From: Candidatus Latescibacterota bacterium
GTDB lineage: Bacteria; Latescibacterota; UBA2968; UBA8231
Length of the DNA: 64,000 bases
Direction: 5' to 3'
Assembly: GCA_964291625.2 (NCBI GenBank)
Contig: OZ220089.1
Coordinates: forward strand, 320,001 to 384,000
The notes under the pieces are model-generated. The model did not search any database. It was not told the origin of the DNA and saw nothing but the letters and a program-made list of their open reading frames with translations. Below, in pieces: positions 37,036 to 45,886 of the stretch. The position numbers and the translations under genes are program-made. Position 1 is the first letter of the stretch. Every line of letters begins with the position of its first letter.

Positions 37036-40000
37036 AGGTGCTTCCTCTCGATGGTGAGGCGCCGCCGTTCGCAGAACTCCATCATCCGGGGCGTCACCTG
37101 GGCATTGCCCCGCTCTCCCTGGGTGATGACATCGCCGAAGGCATCCACGGCCTTCTGCCATTCGCCCAGCTGCTGATAGCACACCCCCACGTTCATCTTG
37201 GCCGCCAGGCCGCTGGAGGTCATCGAGTACTGCCGCCACACGGCTTCAAGGGGGCCGATGGCTTGGCGGATCAGGTCGTGGTCGTCTTCTGCGAGGGCCC
37301 GGTTGAAGGCCTCCATGGCGCCGCTGTAGTCCCGGAAGGCGACCGCCTCCCGCACGTCCCGCAGCACCCCTTCGGCCTGCCGGGCGGCCTCGGATTCCGG
37401 GAAGTCGGCCTGGAGCCCCTGGAACAACTCGTAGGCCCGGTCGTAGTCGCCGGCGTTGTAGCTCATCTCGGCCAGGGTGTACCTGGCCGTGGGCAGGTGA
37501 CGCCCCCCGGGGTAACGGGTCAGGTATTCCTCCATGGCCTGCCGCACCGCGGCCTGGTGCTCTGCCGAGGGCTCCGCCGGCGCCTCGTTGAGCAGACACC
37601 AGGCGATGTTGTAGAGGGCCTCCTCGGCCAGCCCGGTCTCCGGGAAGCGCCGGATCACCTGTCGGTAGGTCTGGCGGGCCTCCCCGTAGGCCCCCGAGTT
37701 GTAGCGGCTCTCGGCCAGGCGGAAGAGGGCATCGGCGGCCACGTCCAGGTCCGGGTACTGGTCGACCACCCCCGCGAAGAAGGGGATGGCCCTGCTGAAG
37801 CGGGCCTTGTTGAAGTGCGCATAGCCAAGGTAGTACCGGGCATACCCGGCATTCGGATGCCCGGGGTAGTCGGCCAGCATCCGGCCGAAGCTGGCTGCGG
37901 CCAGGGCGGCGGCGTCGGTCTGGAGCGCTGCCAGGCCGCGCAGGAACAGGAGGTCGGCGGCGAAGAAGCCCCTCGGAAAGGCGCGCAGACCCGCGTCGGC
38001 GCGGTCGAAGGCGCGCGCGAAGTCCTCGGTCCGCACCGCGGACTCCGCCTGCAGGAACCAGGCCTTCTCGCGCAAGTGGTACTGCCGCTCCTCCGGGAGG
38101 GGCCCCTCCTTCAGATCCAGCCCGAGGATCTCCTCGCAGGCGGCGAAGGCGTCGGCGTAGCGGCCCTGCCGGTTGGCGATCTCCGCCTCCGCCAGCAGGT
38201 GCTCGGCGCGCTCGAGGGGACCCGCCGCCGCGTCGGCCATCTGCCGGTAGATGGCCTGGGCCTGGCCGTAATCCCCCAGGTTGGCGTAGGCGGCCGCCAG
38301 GAGGCGCCGCGCCGCGGAGGACAGCTCCGGGTCGGTCCACTCCCGGTTCAGCTCTTCGAGGGCCTCGGAGTACCGCTTCATTCGGAACAACAGGGAGCCG
38401 CGGCTGTACGCCGCCCGCTGCCCCAGGTCGGGGTCGCCCTGGTCGATGACCGCGGCGAAATGCGTCAGGGCTCCCTCCTGCTCTCCCAGCTCCATGGAGG
38501 CGGAGGCGAGCAGGTAGTGGAGAGCCTGACCCTCGGGCCGGCCCTTCGCCTCCAGGCCTTCCTGCAGCACCGCCACCGCCTGCCGGTGCTCTCCCTGCCG
38601 CACCAGGAGCTGCCCGGCCTCCAGGCGCGAGCGGGCGAAGAGCTCGGCTTCCCGGCCCACGGCCAGCAGCTCCCTCAGGGCGCGCTCCTGGTTTCCGGCC
38701 TCCCTCTCCACGATGCCCAGCTCGAAGCGGGCCACGTCCTGTTCGGGCTTCTCCGCCAGCTCGTCGATCACCGTGCGATACGTCTTCGCCGCCATGGCGT
38801 GGTCGCCGAGGCCATGGTGGGTCCGGGCGATCTGGAAGAGGGCGCTCTGGCGGTACCCCTCGGCGTTGGGGGCCTCGGCCACGCTTCCCAGAAAGACCAG
38901 GGCCTCACCCATCTTGTCCGGCTGGTCCTGCAACTGGATGGCCAACCCCAGGTTGAACCGCAGCTCCACGTCGTAGGGGGACCCCGGGTAGGCCGCCAAG
39001 GTGGCGCGCAACTCGCTCTCGGCGCGGCGGTAGTAGTCCAGACGCTCCTCTTCCGGTTGCCTCTCCGCCACGCGGAACCAGGCCCGGGCGATCTGCAGGG
39101 CCACGCCCTCGACCGCGAGGCCGGCCCGTGCGGCCGCGGCCTCGTAGTTCGCCCGGTACACCTCGTACTCACGCACCGCCTCCTCGTAGTGCTCGGTCTC
39201 GAAGTAGCGGTTGGCCAGCAGGAGCTGCATGCGCGCCTTCTGCACCACATCGTCGGTCGCCTCGATGGCCTGGTGGTACACGGCGACGACGGCCGCGAAG
39301 TCCCCCCGCCGGTAGTGCATGTCCGCCTGGCGCAGGTACGCCTCTTCGGCCAGCCGCTGCTCCTCGGCGAAACGTGAGGCCACCAGTTGGAAGGCCTCCT
39401 CGGCCTCGGCGTACTGACCGGTCTTCTCGTGGCACTCCCCGACGCGGATGAGGGCCTTGGCCGCCAGGTCGAGAGCCGTCTCGTCCACCAGGCCGGCGAT
39501 CTTCTGCCGCTTCATCTGCAGGATCTCGCGCTCCGACATCTCCTCGATGCGCTGGGAGTCGACCAGCCGCTGGTAGAAGGGGACGGCCTCCCGGTAGTTC
39601 TCCAGCGCGAAGTGGGCCTCGCCGATCTGGAACAGGGCCCGGCTGCCGCGGTAGCCGCCGGGAAAGCGCTCCACGAGACGTTCGAAGGCGGTTATGCTGT
39701 TGCGGTAGTCTTCCCTGTCATAGTGGGCCCAGCCCACATCGTACATCGCCTGCTCCACATAGGCGCTGGACGGATAGCGCTCGATGAGCAGGGCGGCCCC
39801 CTCGATGGTGCGCTCGTAGTCCTGGATGGCGTACCAGCAGGCCACGGCGCGGCTGCGGGCCAGGGCCTTCAGCGCGTCCACGGTGGACAGCTCCTCGGTC
39901 CTGACGAAGGCGTCGGCCGCCTCCCCGAAGAGGGACCTGGCTCGGTCCTGGTACCGGGAGCGCCGCTCCGGGTCGCGGCTCCTGGCCGCGCTGGCGAGGG

Positions 40001-40283
40001 CTTCCTCGGCGGACTTGAAGTGCGCATTCCCGGTCTGGTACAAGGCCACTTCCTGCAGCGGCGCCGAGATTTCGCCGACGGTCACCGCCACGTCCTTCAT
40101 CTGCAGGAAACGGCTCTGGCTCCGGATGATGCGCTGGTAGGCCTCGATCGCCTGGTCGTAGGCTCCCGAGGCGTAGAACCTCTGGGCGTCGGCGAAGGTC
40201 GCCTGCATCTCCGGAGCCGTGGGCACCGACCGGGTGACGGCGATCATCACCGTCAGGCCTACCAGGGTGATCAACGCGACCAT
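37032..40283 (-). CDS. Large membrane-anchored tetratricopeptide repeat protein (BamD/CpoB-like repeats)
   Basis: N-terminal hydrophobic helix; many TPRs with xxYP/FP turns (ERYPSS, ERFPGG, AYPGSP, DYPGHP, QYPDLD, RFPETG, RYPGGR, DFPESE). Confidence 0.88.
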   Translation of the reverse strand: MVALITLVGLTVMIAVTRSVPTAPEMQATFADAQRFYASGAYDQAIEAYQRIIRSQSRFLQMKDVAVTVGEISAPLQEVALYQTGNAHFKSAEEALASAARSRDPERRSRYQDRARSLFGEAADAFVRTEELSTVDALKALARSRAVACWYAIQDYERTIEGAALLIERYPSSAYVEQAMYDVGWAHYDREDYRNSITAFERLVERFPGGYRGSRALFQIGEAHFALENYREAVPFYQRLVDSQRIEEMSEREILQMKRQKIAGLVDETALDLAAKALIRVGECHEKTGQYAEAEEAFQLVASRFAEEQRLAEEAYLRQADMHYRRGDFAAVVAVYHQAIEATDDVVQKARMQLLLANRYFETEHYEEAVREYEVYRANYEAAAARAGLAVEGVALQIARAWFRVAERQPEEERLDYYRRAESELRATLAAYPGSPYDVELRFNLGLAIQLQDQPDKMGEALVFLGSVAEAPNAEGYRQSALFQIARTHHGLGDHAMAAKTYRTVIDELAEKPEQDVARFELGIVEREAGNQERALRELLAVGREAELFARSRLEAGQLLVRQGEHRQAVAVLQEGLEAKGRPEGQALHYLLASASMELGEQEGALTHFAAVIDQGDPDLGQRAAYSRGSLLFRMKRYSEALEELNREWTDPELSSAARRLLAAAYANLGDYGQAQAIYRQMADAAAGPLERAEHLLAEAEIANRQGRYADAFAACEEILGLDLKEGPLPEERQYHLREKAWFLQAESAVRTEDFARAFDRADAGLRAFPRGFFAADLLFLRGLAALQTDAAALAAASFGRMLADYPGHPNAGYARYYLGYAHFNKARFSRAIPFFAGVVDQYPDLDVAADALFRLAESRYNSGAYGEARQTYRQVIRRFPETGLAEEALYNIAWCLLNEAPAEPSAEHQAAVRQAMEEYLTRYPGGRHLPTARYTLAEMSYNAGDYDRAYELFQGLQADFPESEAARQAEGVLRDVREAVAFRDYSGAMEAFNRALAEDDHDLIRQAIGPLEAVWRQYSMTSSGLAAKMNVGVCYQQLGEWQKAVDAFGDVITQGERGNAQVTPRMMEFCERRRLTIERKHL

Positions 40284-40362
40284 GGTCCGTTACCTCTGGC
40301 TGCGGGCGGTTGCGGGACGCCGCCCTGGCGCGGTCCGTCCTGCCGCCATGGGAAGGAAGCTC

Positions 40363-43173
40363 TCATTCATCGAAGCCCAGGATGACCCGCAGGAAGGCCG
40401 AGGCGATGTCGAGGTCCTCCCTCTGCCGGGCGGGATCGCCGTACTGGCGCCGGGTCCACTTCACCCCCAGGTTGGTGGCGATGTTGTACCCGAAGTAGGG
40501 GGACCGGTTCGTCAGCTGCACCACCCGCACCACCTCCTCGTAGCTGTCGCGGCCGTCGGCCAGGTCCTCCTTGCGCAGGGGCAGGCCCGGCAGCCCCTGG
40601 GTGCCGAGCCACAGGTAGGTGCGCGGCGTGATGTGACAGGAGGCCTTGAGGATCGGTATCAGGGTCCACTCGTCAGCGAGGTCCACGGCCAGACTCTCCC
40701 GGGTCCTTCGCAGGACCAGTCCCTTGCCCTGGGCGATCAGCTGCCAGCGGTCCGACAGCTCCCTCACGTACTCGGCCCGGGCCACCATCGTCAGGCGGGT
40801 GATGGTGTCGGCAACCTGGTCGCTGCCGTCGGACAGGGTCGCCTCCTGCTGCTCGTTGACCGCATAGCGCAGGTTGCCGCCGAGTCGCAGGCCGGGGGCG
40901 GCGGTCAGGTCGGCCTCGACGTAGTGCTGCCGGTCCAGGCTGTCGCGATACTCCAGCTGGTCCGTCAGCCGGGTGGGGGCGTACGTGGGCCAGTGCTCGT
41001 GCCCGCCCAGGACCTCGCCATAGGTGATGTAGTTGTCGACGATGTCGTCATGGACCCGCTGCAGGCGGGTCTCGGCCCAGACCGAACCCCACCGGGGGTT
41101 GTGGCGGCGGAAGGTGACCACGCCGTAGGTGCTCTCGTTGCGGGCGCCGCTGACGATCCCCTCCGCCCGCAGACGGCCCGCGGTGAGGCGGACGCCGCCG
41201 GGCAGGTGCAGCACCCCGAAGGCGTGGTGCCCGCTCTGATCCAGCTCGTACGGGTAGTCCGAGTCCAGGTCGTCCTCGCGGTGGTCGGCGATCCCGTTGT
41301 TGTTGGCGTCCCGGCCATAGGCATACTCTTCCGGCTCCACGTCGTACAGCAGGAACGCCTCCAGGTAGTCGGGCACCTGGTTGCCGTTGCGGTTGGTGTC
41401 CGGAATCCGGTCGTTGTCCCGGTCGTTGCCCGGAAAGACCCCGTCCGGGTCGTAGGGGATCGTCGTGTAGTGGGGACTCGGCCGATGCCCGTGGCCGATG
41501 TCGGGATAGCGATCGTCGTCGTCGTTGTCCTGCACGAAGCCGCTGTCGTACTCCTCGGCGATCGAGAACAGCTCCCCCCCTGCCTCCACCCGGCCCCGGC
41601 GCCAGCGCCCGTTCACGTAGTACGCGCCCGCGTCCGTGCTGCTGCGCGCCCCGTTCCAGCGGCGGATGCCCCTCACCTCCCGATCCTCGCGGTACCCCGG
41701 CCGGCCGTCGGGAAACTCCCGGAACTCCACGTTGCGGGCGTACTCCCAGCGCACCTCGGCGTCGCCCCACTCCCAGGACCCGTTGAGCCCCCACAGGGCG
41801 CGGCCCGTCCACTCCCCCAGGTCCAGGCGCACCCACTCCAGGTTCGACATGTCCTGCACGTTGCCCCGGGACCGGAGGACGGCGGTCACCCCCGGCGTCT
41901 CCTTCCTCTCGAGGTAGCCGCTCGTGGAGACGAGGGTGTTGCCGCCCACGCGGTAGTGGAACTCGTACTCCTCCACCGCCGGCGCCGAGACGAACAGCGG
42001 CAGCACCTCGACCCGGTAGTCGTTGCCCACCAGCGCCTCCACCTGCACCTGCCGGACGAAGGGCTCCTGGCTCACGTCGAAGATGGCGATGATCTGCTCA
42101 TGGCCGTCGGCGCGATGGCCCGGAACGTCGGGCAGGGCCTCCACCCAGCGCAGCAGCTCCTCCAGGTTGACCTTGTCCGACACGTCCTCGCCCTGCAGGT
42201 GATCGCGCAGGTAGAGCAGGTCCGCGAAGCGCGTGCCCTGATCCAGGTAGACCGCCCGCCGGAACTGTCCGGAGAGCCGGTTCGTCGTGCCCACCGCCGT
42301 TGGATTCTGGCCGTTGATGCGGGCCAGGAAGGGCCGCAGGTCCGGCCGGTCCTCGCCGTTGATCTTCAGACGCACCTCCGATACCAGGGCGCCGGCCTGC
42401 AGGTCCTCCGGCGAATCGTCGGAGAACCGAACCAGGTAGCCCACGGGCAGCACCTGCTCGGCCTGCAGCCCGCCGCGCAGATCGAAGCTCTCCTGCTCGG
42501 CGTCGAAGATGTGGAAGTTCACCCCCGTGGCCCCCAGGGTCAGCGCTCCCAGCTCGACGTCGCCGTGGGCCCCCAGGAGCATCGCCGAGCTGCGGATCTC
42601 GGCGGCCGAGTCCCAGTGGTGCCAGGTGGGACCGCCGCCGTAGCGGCTGTCGGCGAAGGGCCCGGTGTAGCGCTGTCCGATGACGGCCACCCGGGTGTTG
42701 CCCACCTGGGTGTCCAGGCGGATGCCGTCGTATCCCGGCAGGGCCAGCGTCAACGGCGTGAAGAGGGTGCGGATCTCCTCCCCGTAGATCAGGCTCGCCG
42801 CCCACCGGGAGTGCGACTCCCGGGCCACCAGGTTGCGCTCGAAGCGACCGAAACGGGGGAGGGTGCGGAAGGACTTGGGCAGGGCCGACGTCGTCGTCGA
42901 CCGGGTCTCCCGCCACTCGTACACGTCGTAACCCTGAATCAGGAAGTTGCCCAGAGGACCGTAGTAGTTTCGCCGCGAGAACCGGGTGAACTCCGGCAGG
43001 GTGTAGTCCTCGAAGCCGTAGTTGAGGTAGGAGGGATCCGACCGGTAGAGGAAGGAGCGGCCCGAGACGTCCTGGGCGAAGCCGAGATGCGGGTCCTCGG
43101 CCCCCGCCCGACCCGGGTCCCCCCAGGCCGGCACGAAGACCAGCGTCCAGACCGCGAGCCTCGCCCGTCTCAT
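40363..43173 (-). CDS. Uncharacterised ~930-aa secreted/outer-membrane protein, paralog A
   Basis: Signal peptide; FTPLTL, SDDSPED, GNVQDMSNL, DNDDDDRYPD, DGVFPG, DANNNGIADHREDD; alternating beta-strand C-terminus FLRVILGF; ATGA overlap with the upstream paralog. Confidence 0.8.
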   Translation of the reverse strand: MRRARLAVWTLVFVPAWGDPGRAGAEDPHLGFAQDVSGRSFLYRSDPSYLNYGFEDYTLPEFTRFSRRNYYGPLGNFLIQGYDVYEWRETRSTTTSALPKSFRTLPRFGRFERNLVARESHSRWAASLIYGEEIRTLFTPLTLALPGYDGIRLDTQVGNTRVAVIGQRYTGPFADSRYGGGPTWHHWDSAAEIRSSAMLLGAHGDVELGALTLGATGVNFHIFDAEQESFDLRGGLQAEQVLPVGYLVRFSDDSPEDLQAGALVSEVRLKINGEDRPDLRPFLARINGQNPTAVGTTNRLSGQFRRAVYLDQGTRFADLLYLRDHLQGEDVSDKVNLEELLRWVEALPDVPGHRADGHEQIIAIFDVSQEPFVRQVQVEALVGNDYRVEVLPLFVSAPAVEEYEFHYRVGGNTLVSTSGYLERKETPGVTAVLRSRGNVQDMSNLEWVRLDLGEWTGRALWGLNGSWEWGDAEVRWEYARNVEFREFPDGRPGYREDREVRGIRRWNGARSSTDAGAYYVNGRWRRGRVEAGGELFSIAEEYDSGFVQDNDDDDRYPDIGHGHRPSPHYTTIPYDPDGVFPGNDRDNDRIPDTNRNGNQVPDYLEAFLLYDVEPEEYAYGRDANNNGIADHREDDLDSDYPYELDQSGHHAFGVLHLPGGVRLTAGRLRAEGIVSGARNESTYGVVTFRRHNPRWGSVWAETRLQRVHDDIVDNYITYGEVLGGHEHWPTYAPTRLTDQLEYRDSLDRQHYVEADLTAAPGLRLGGNLRYAVNEQQEATLSDGSDQVADTITRLTMVARAEYVRELSDRWQLIAQGKGLVLRRTRESLAVDLADEWTLIPILKASCHITPRTYLWLGTQGLPGLPLRKEDLADGRDSYEEVVRVVQLTNRSPYFGYNIATNLGVKWTRRQYGDPARQREDLDIASAFLRVILGFDE

Positions 43174-45884
43174 CCCTGGAAGGGCTCCAGTCCCAGCAGC
43201 AGGCGGACGAAGAGCAGAGAGCGCTCGACATCGAGCTGCTTCCGGCTCCTGGTCTCGAATCGAAGGGTCTTGGCGAGGTATCCCGCGTTCAGGGTCAGGT
43301 AGTAGCCTTCGTACGTGGTGCGGTTGGTGATGGAGATGATGTAGTCCCTGCTGCCGTAGTCGACCTGGTGGTTGATCAGGTTCCTGTAGGTGCTGGACAG
43401 AAAGGGGAAACCCTGGGCGCCCGCGCTCAGGCTCGTCTGGGGTGACAGGGCGACGGTGGCCACCACCATGGGATAGAAGTAGCGCTCGGAGACGGGATGG
43501 ACATGGAAGTCACCGCCCTGCCGCCGGTAGGCCATGTACTTGGCCCTGGGGGTGACCGTCCACCGGTCCCTCTTCCAGGTGTAGCCGCTGCGCAGGACCC
43601 ACGCCCACTCCTGGATCGTGTCGGCGGGCTGGAAGGCGGAGGCCCGCTGGAGATTGACCGTGTGCTTGAGACGGCTGTTGATCTCCAGGCCCTTCACCCG
43701 GATGAAGGTGGCGTCGAGGTGAGCCGTGTTGACGAAGCTGTTCCTCATCAGCAGCGGGTCTTCGACCTGCGTCAGACCCTGGACGCTCGCCGTCGAGGTG
43801 GGATCGATCGGCAGCCCGTGGGGCGTGAAGAAACCGAACTGGGGCGAATCGTCGGCGATGTCGTCATGGACCCGCTTGAGGAAGTTGGAGAAGTCGATCG
43901 AGGCATGGGGAAAGAGGGTGCGCCGGTAGTTCAGGCGCACATAGTTGACGCGGTTCTCGCCCGGCCCCCAGATCTCGCGGACATGGTAGCGCCCCACGCT
44001 CAGGTCCAGGGCCTGCACCGGCTCGATGGCGCCGAACAGGTGATACCCCTTCCTGTCCGTCGGATAGGGGTAGTCGGGCCGGAAGTCGTCCTCGCGGTGA
44101 TCGATGACCCCGTTGTTGTTCATGTCGTCGCCGTAGTCGTACTCCAGGGGATCGACATTGTAGAGCAGGAAGGGCTCGTTGTAGTCGGGCTCGGCGTTGC
44201 CGTTCTCGTTCACGTCGGTGCGGCCGTCCTGGTCGCGGTCGAGGCCCGGGAAGACGCCGTCCCCATCGCCGAAGCTCTTGTTGAGGAAGTGGAAGTCGGG
44301 CCACAGGTCCTTGTCGTCGTTGTCGTCCACCGTGTCGAGAATGACGGTGTCGTTGTACCTGTCCTGCCAGTTGGGAGCGACCTCCCCGAGGAAGGGACTG
44401 CCGAGGTCATCGGAGTAGGTCCAGTATTCCCGGCTCTGGACGGAGAGGGATGTGCCGTACAGGGGATCCATCCGGAAGAGCTCTCCCGCCAGGTGGAACC
44501 AACCGAGCTGCTTCCTGGCGTGGACGAAGAAGGCATCCGCCGTCTCCCGGTGCCAGCGGCTCCGTCCGATCGTGCTCGGATACTGGAGGTAGTTGAAGCT
44601 GCGGGCGTACTCGCCGCGCACCTCGAGTCCCTCCCGCTCCAGCTCCAGGCGCAGGCTGCCCGTGGTACGGCCGCTCTGTCGGCCGTACTCGAAGGAGACG
44701 CGGCGCAGATTGCCCAGGTCCCCCACGTTCCCCACCTGGGACGCCACGTCGCGGAAGAAGGTGGCCCGCACGACCCGGAGATCCGGGTTGCTGGTGGTGG
44801 CCGCCGCGGCGGGCAGGAAGACCTCGGACAGACTGATGCGGTAGTCGTTGGCCACCATGGCGTTGAATCGAAGGGACTCGACCTCGTCGCGCATCTCCTG
44901 GGGGATCTTGAACCAGTAGATGAGGTACTCGGTGCCGTTGGCCTCCAGGAAGCCCTGGGCGCCGGGGTCCTCAAGGGGCAGGTCCCCCTTGAGGAACTCG
45001 ATGTAGGGGGGAATCGTGAAGCCCGGCCGGAAGGCCCTGTCCCCGTTCGGAAAGTGTGGATTCACCACGTCGGCGTCGTGGCGCGTCACGCTGACTTCCA
45101 CGAGCTCGTTGAGAGGGCCCTCGACGCGAACATCGTAAACCCGCGCGCCACGTCCATCGTCCTCCGAGCCATCGCTGATCTTGACGGCCAGATAGGCGGG
45201 CGGGTTCTTCCGCCGCGAGGGCAGCACCCCCTTGAGGCTGTTGTCGCCAAAGCCGACGAAGCTGTCGGTGCGCAGGAGGTTGGCGTAGGAGAGGCTCACC
45301 CTCAGGGCTCCCGCCCTGTGCGCGAGGTGACCGCCCAGCAGGTAGGTGGGCTCGTTCGTCAACTGGTGGAAGTCGTTGTCGTCGTCGTTGTAGATCGGCC
45401 AGTCGAAGCGCGACGACACGGCGGTGGCCTGCGTGCCTCCGAGATCCACGTCCCAGCGGATCCCGTTCAGCTGGGCCAAGTCCAGGGTCAGGGGAGTGAA
45501 CTTGGTCCGTATCCGGTTCCCCACCATCAGCCGGCTGGCCCAGCTCTTGTGGGTATCGTGGGCGACGACGAGGTTGCCCACGAGGGCCCGGAACTGGGGG
45601 TCCTTGTTCAACAGGCTCCCGGGATCCCGCTCCATGGGCCGCGTCTCCTGGCTGCGCCAGACTTCGGTGCCGTCGAGGAGGAAGTTGCCCAGCTCGTCGA
45701 AGACGGGAGCCCGGATCTGCGACCACAGAGAGGCCGTGTACTCCCTGTACCCGGAGCGCGCGTAGTATTGCTCGTAGTCGCGGACCGGCTCGTAGAGGAG
45801 CTGGCTCTCCCCGGGTGCCGAGGAGAGTACCAGCCAGGCCCCCAGGAGAGCAGCAGCGAGACCAGGACGTTTGTGCACCGTCAT
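43170..45884 (-). CDS. Uncharacterised ~900-aa secreted/outer-membrane protein, paralog C
   Basis: Start MTVHKRPGLAAALLGAW (signal peptide); same motifs (FTPLTL, GNVGDLGNL, DNDDKDLWPD, DGVFPGLD, DMNNNGVIDHREDD). Confidence 0.8.
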   Translation of the reverse strand: MTVHKRPGLAAALLGAWLVLSSAPGESQLLYEPVRDYEQYYARSGYREYTASLWSQIRAPVFDELGNFLLDGTEVWRSQETRPMERDPGSLLNKDPQFRALVGNLVVAHDTHKSWASRLMVGNRIRTKFTPLTLDLAQLNGIRWDVDLGGTQATAVSSRFDWPIYNDDDNDFHQLTNEPTYLLGGHLAHRAGALRVSLSYANLLRTDSFVGFGDNSLKGVLPSRRKNPPAYLAVKISDGSEDDGRGARVYDVRVEGPLNELVEVSVTRHDADVVNPHFPNGDRAFRPGFTIPPYIEFLKGDLPLEDPGAQGFLEANGTEYLIYWFKIPQEMRDEVESLRFNAMVANDYRISLSEVFLPAAAATTSNPDLRVVRATFFRDVASQVGNVGDLGNLRRVSFEYGRQSGRTTGSLRLELEREGLEVRGEYARSFNYLQYPSTIGRSRWHRETADAFFVHARKQLGWFHLAGELFRMDPLYGTSLSVQSREYWTYSDDLGSPFLGEVAPNWQDRYNDTVILDTVDDNDDKDLWPDFHFLNKSFGDGDGVFPGLDRDQDGRTDVNENGNAEPDYNEPFLLYNVDPLEYDYGDDMNNNGVIDHREDDFRPDYPYPTDRKGYHLFGAIEPVQALDLSVGRYHVREIWGPGENRVNYVRLNYRRTLFPHASIDFSNFLKRVHDDIADDSPQFGFFTPHGLPIDPTSTASVQGLTQVEDPLLMRNSFVNTAHLDATFIRVKGLEINSRLKHTVNLQRASAFQPADTIQEWAWVLRSGYTWKRDRWTVTPRAKYMAYRRQGGDFHVHPVSERYFYPMVVATVALSPQTSLSAGAQGFPFLSSTYRNLINHQVDYGSRDYIISITNRTTYEGYYLTLNAGYLAKTLRFETRSRKQLDVERSLLFVRLLLGLEPFQG

Positions 45885-45886
45885 GG

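Noticed and set aside
40284-40349. Upstream ATG extending the TPR gene, or a 19-codon leader peptide
   Set aside because: An in-frame TAA intervenes, and AGAGG before ATG 40283 is an adequate RBS; nothing supports the mini-ORF.
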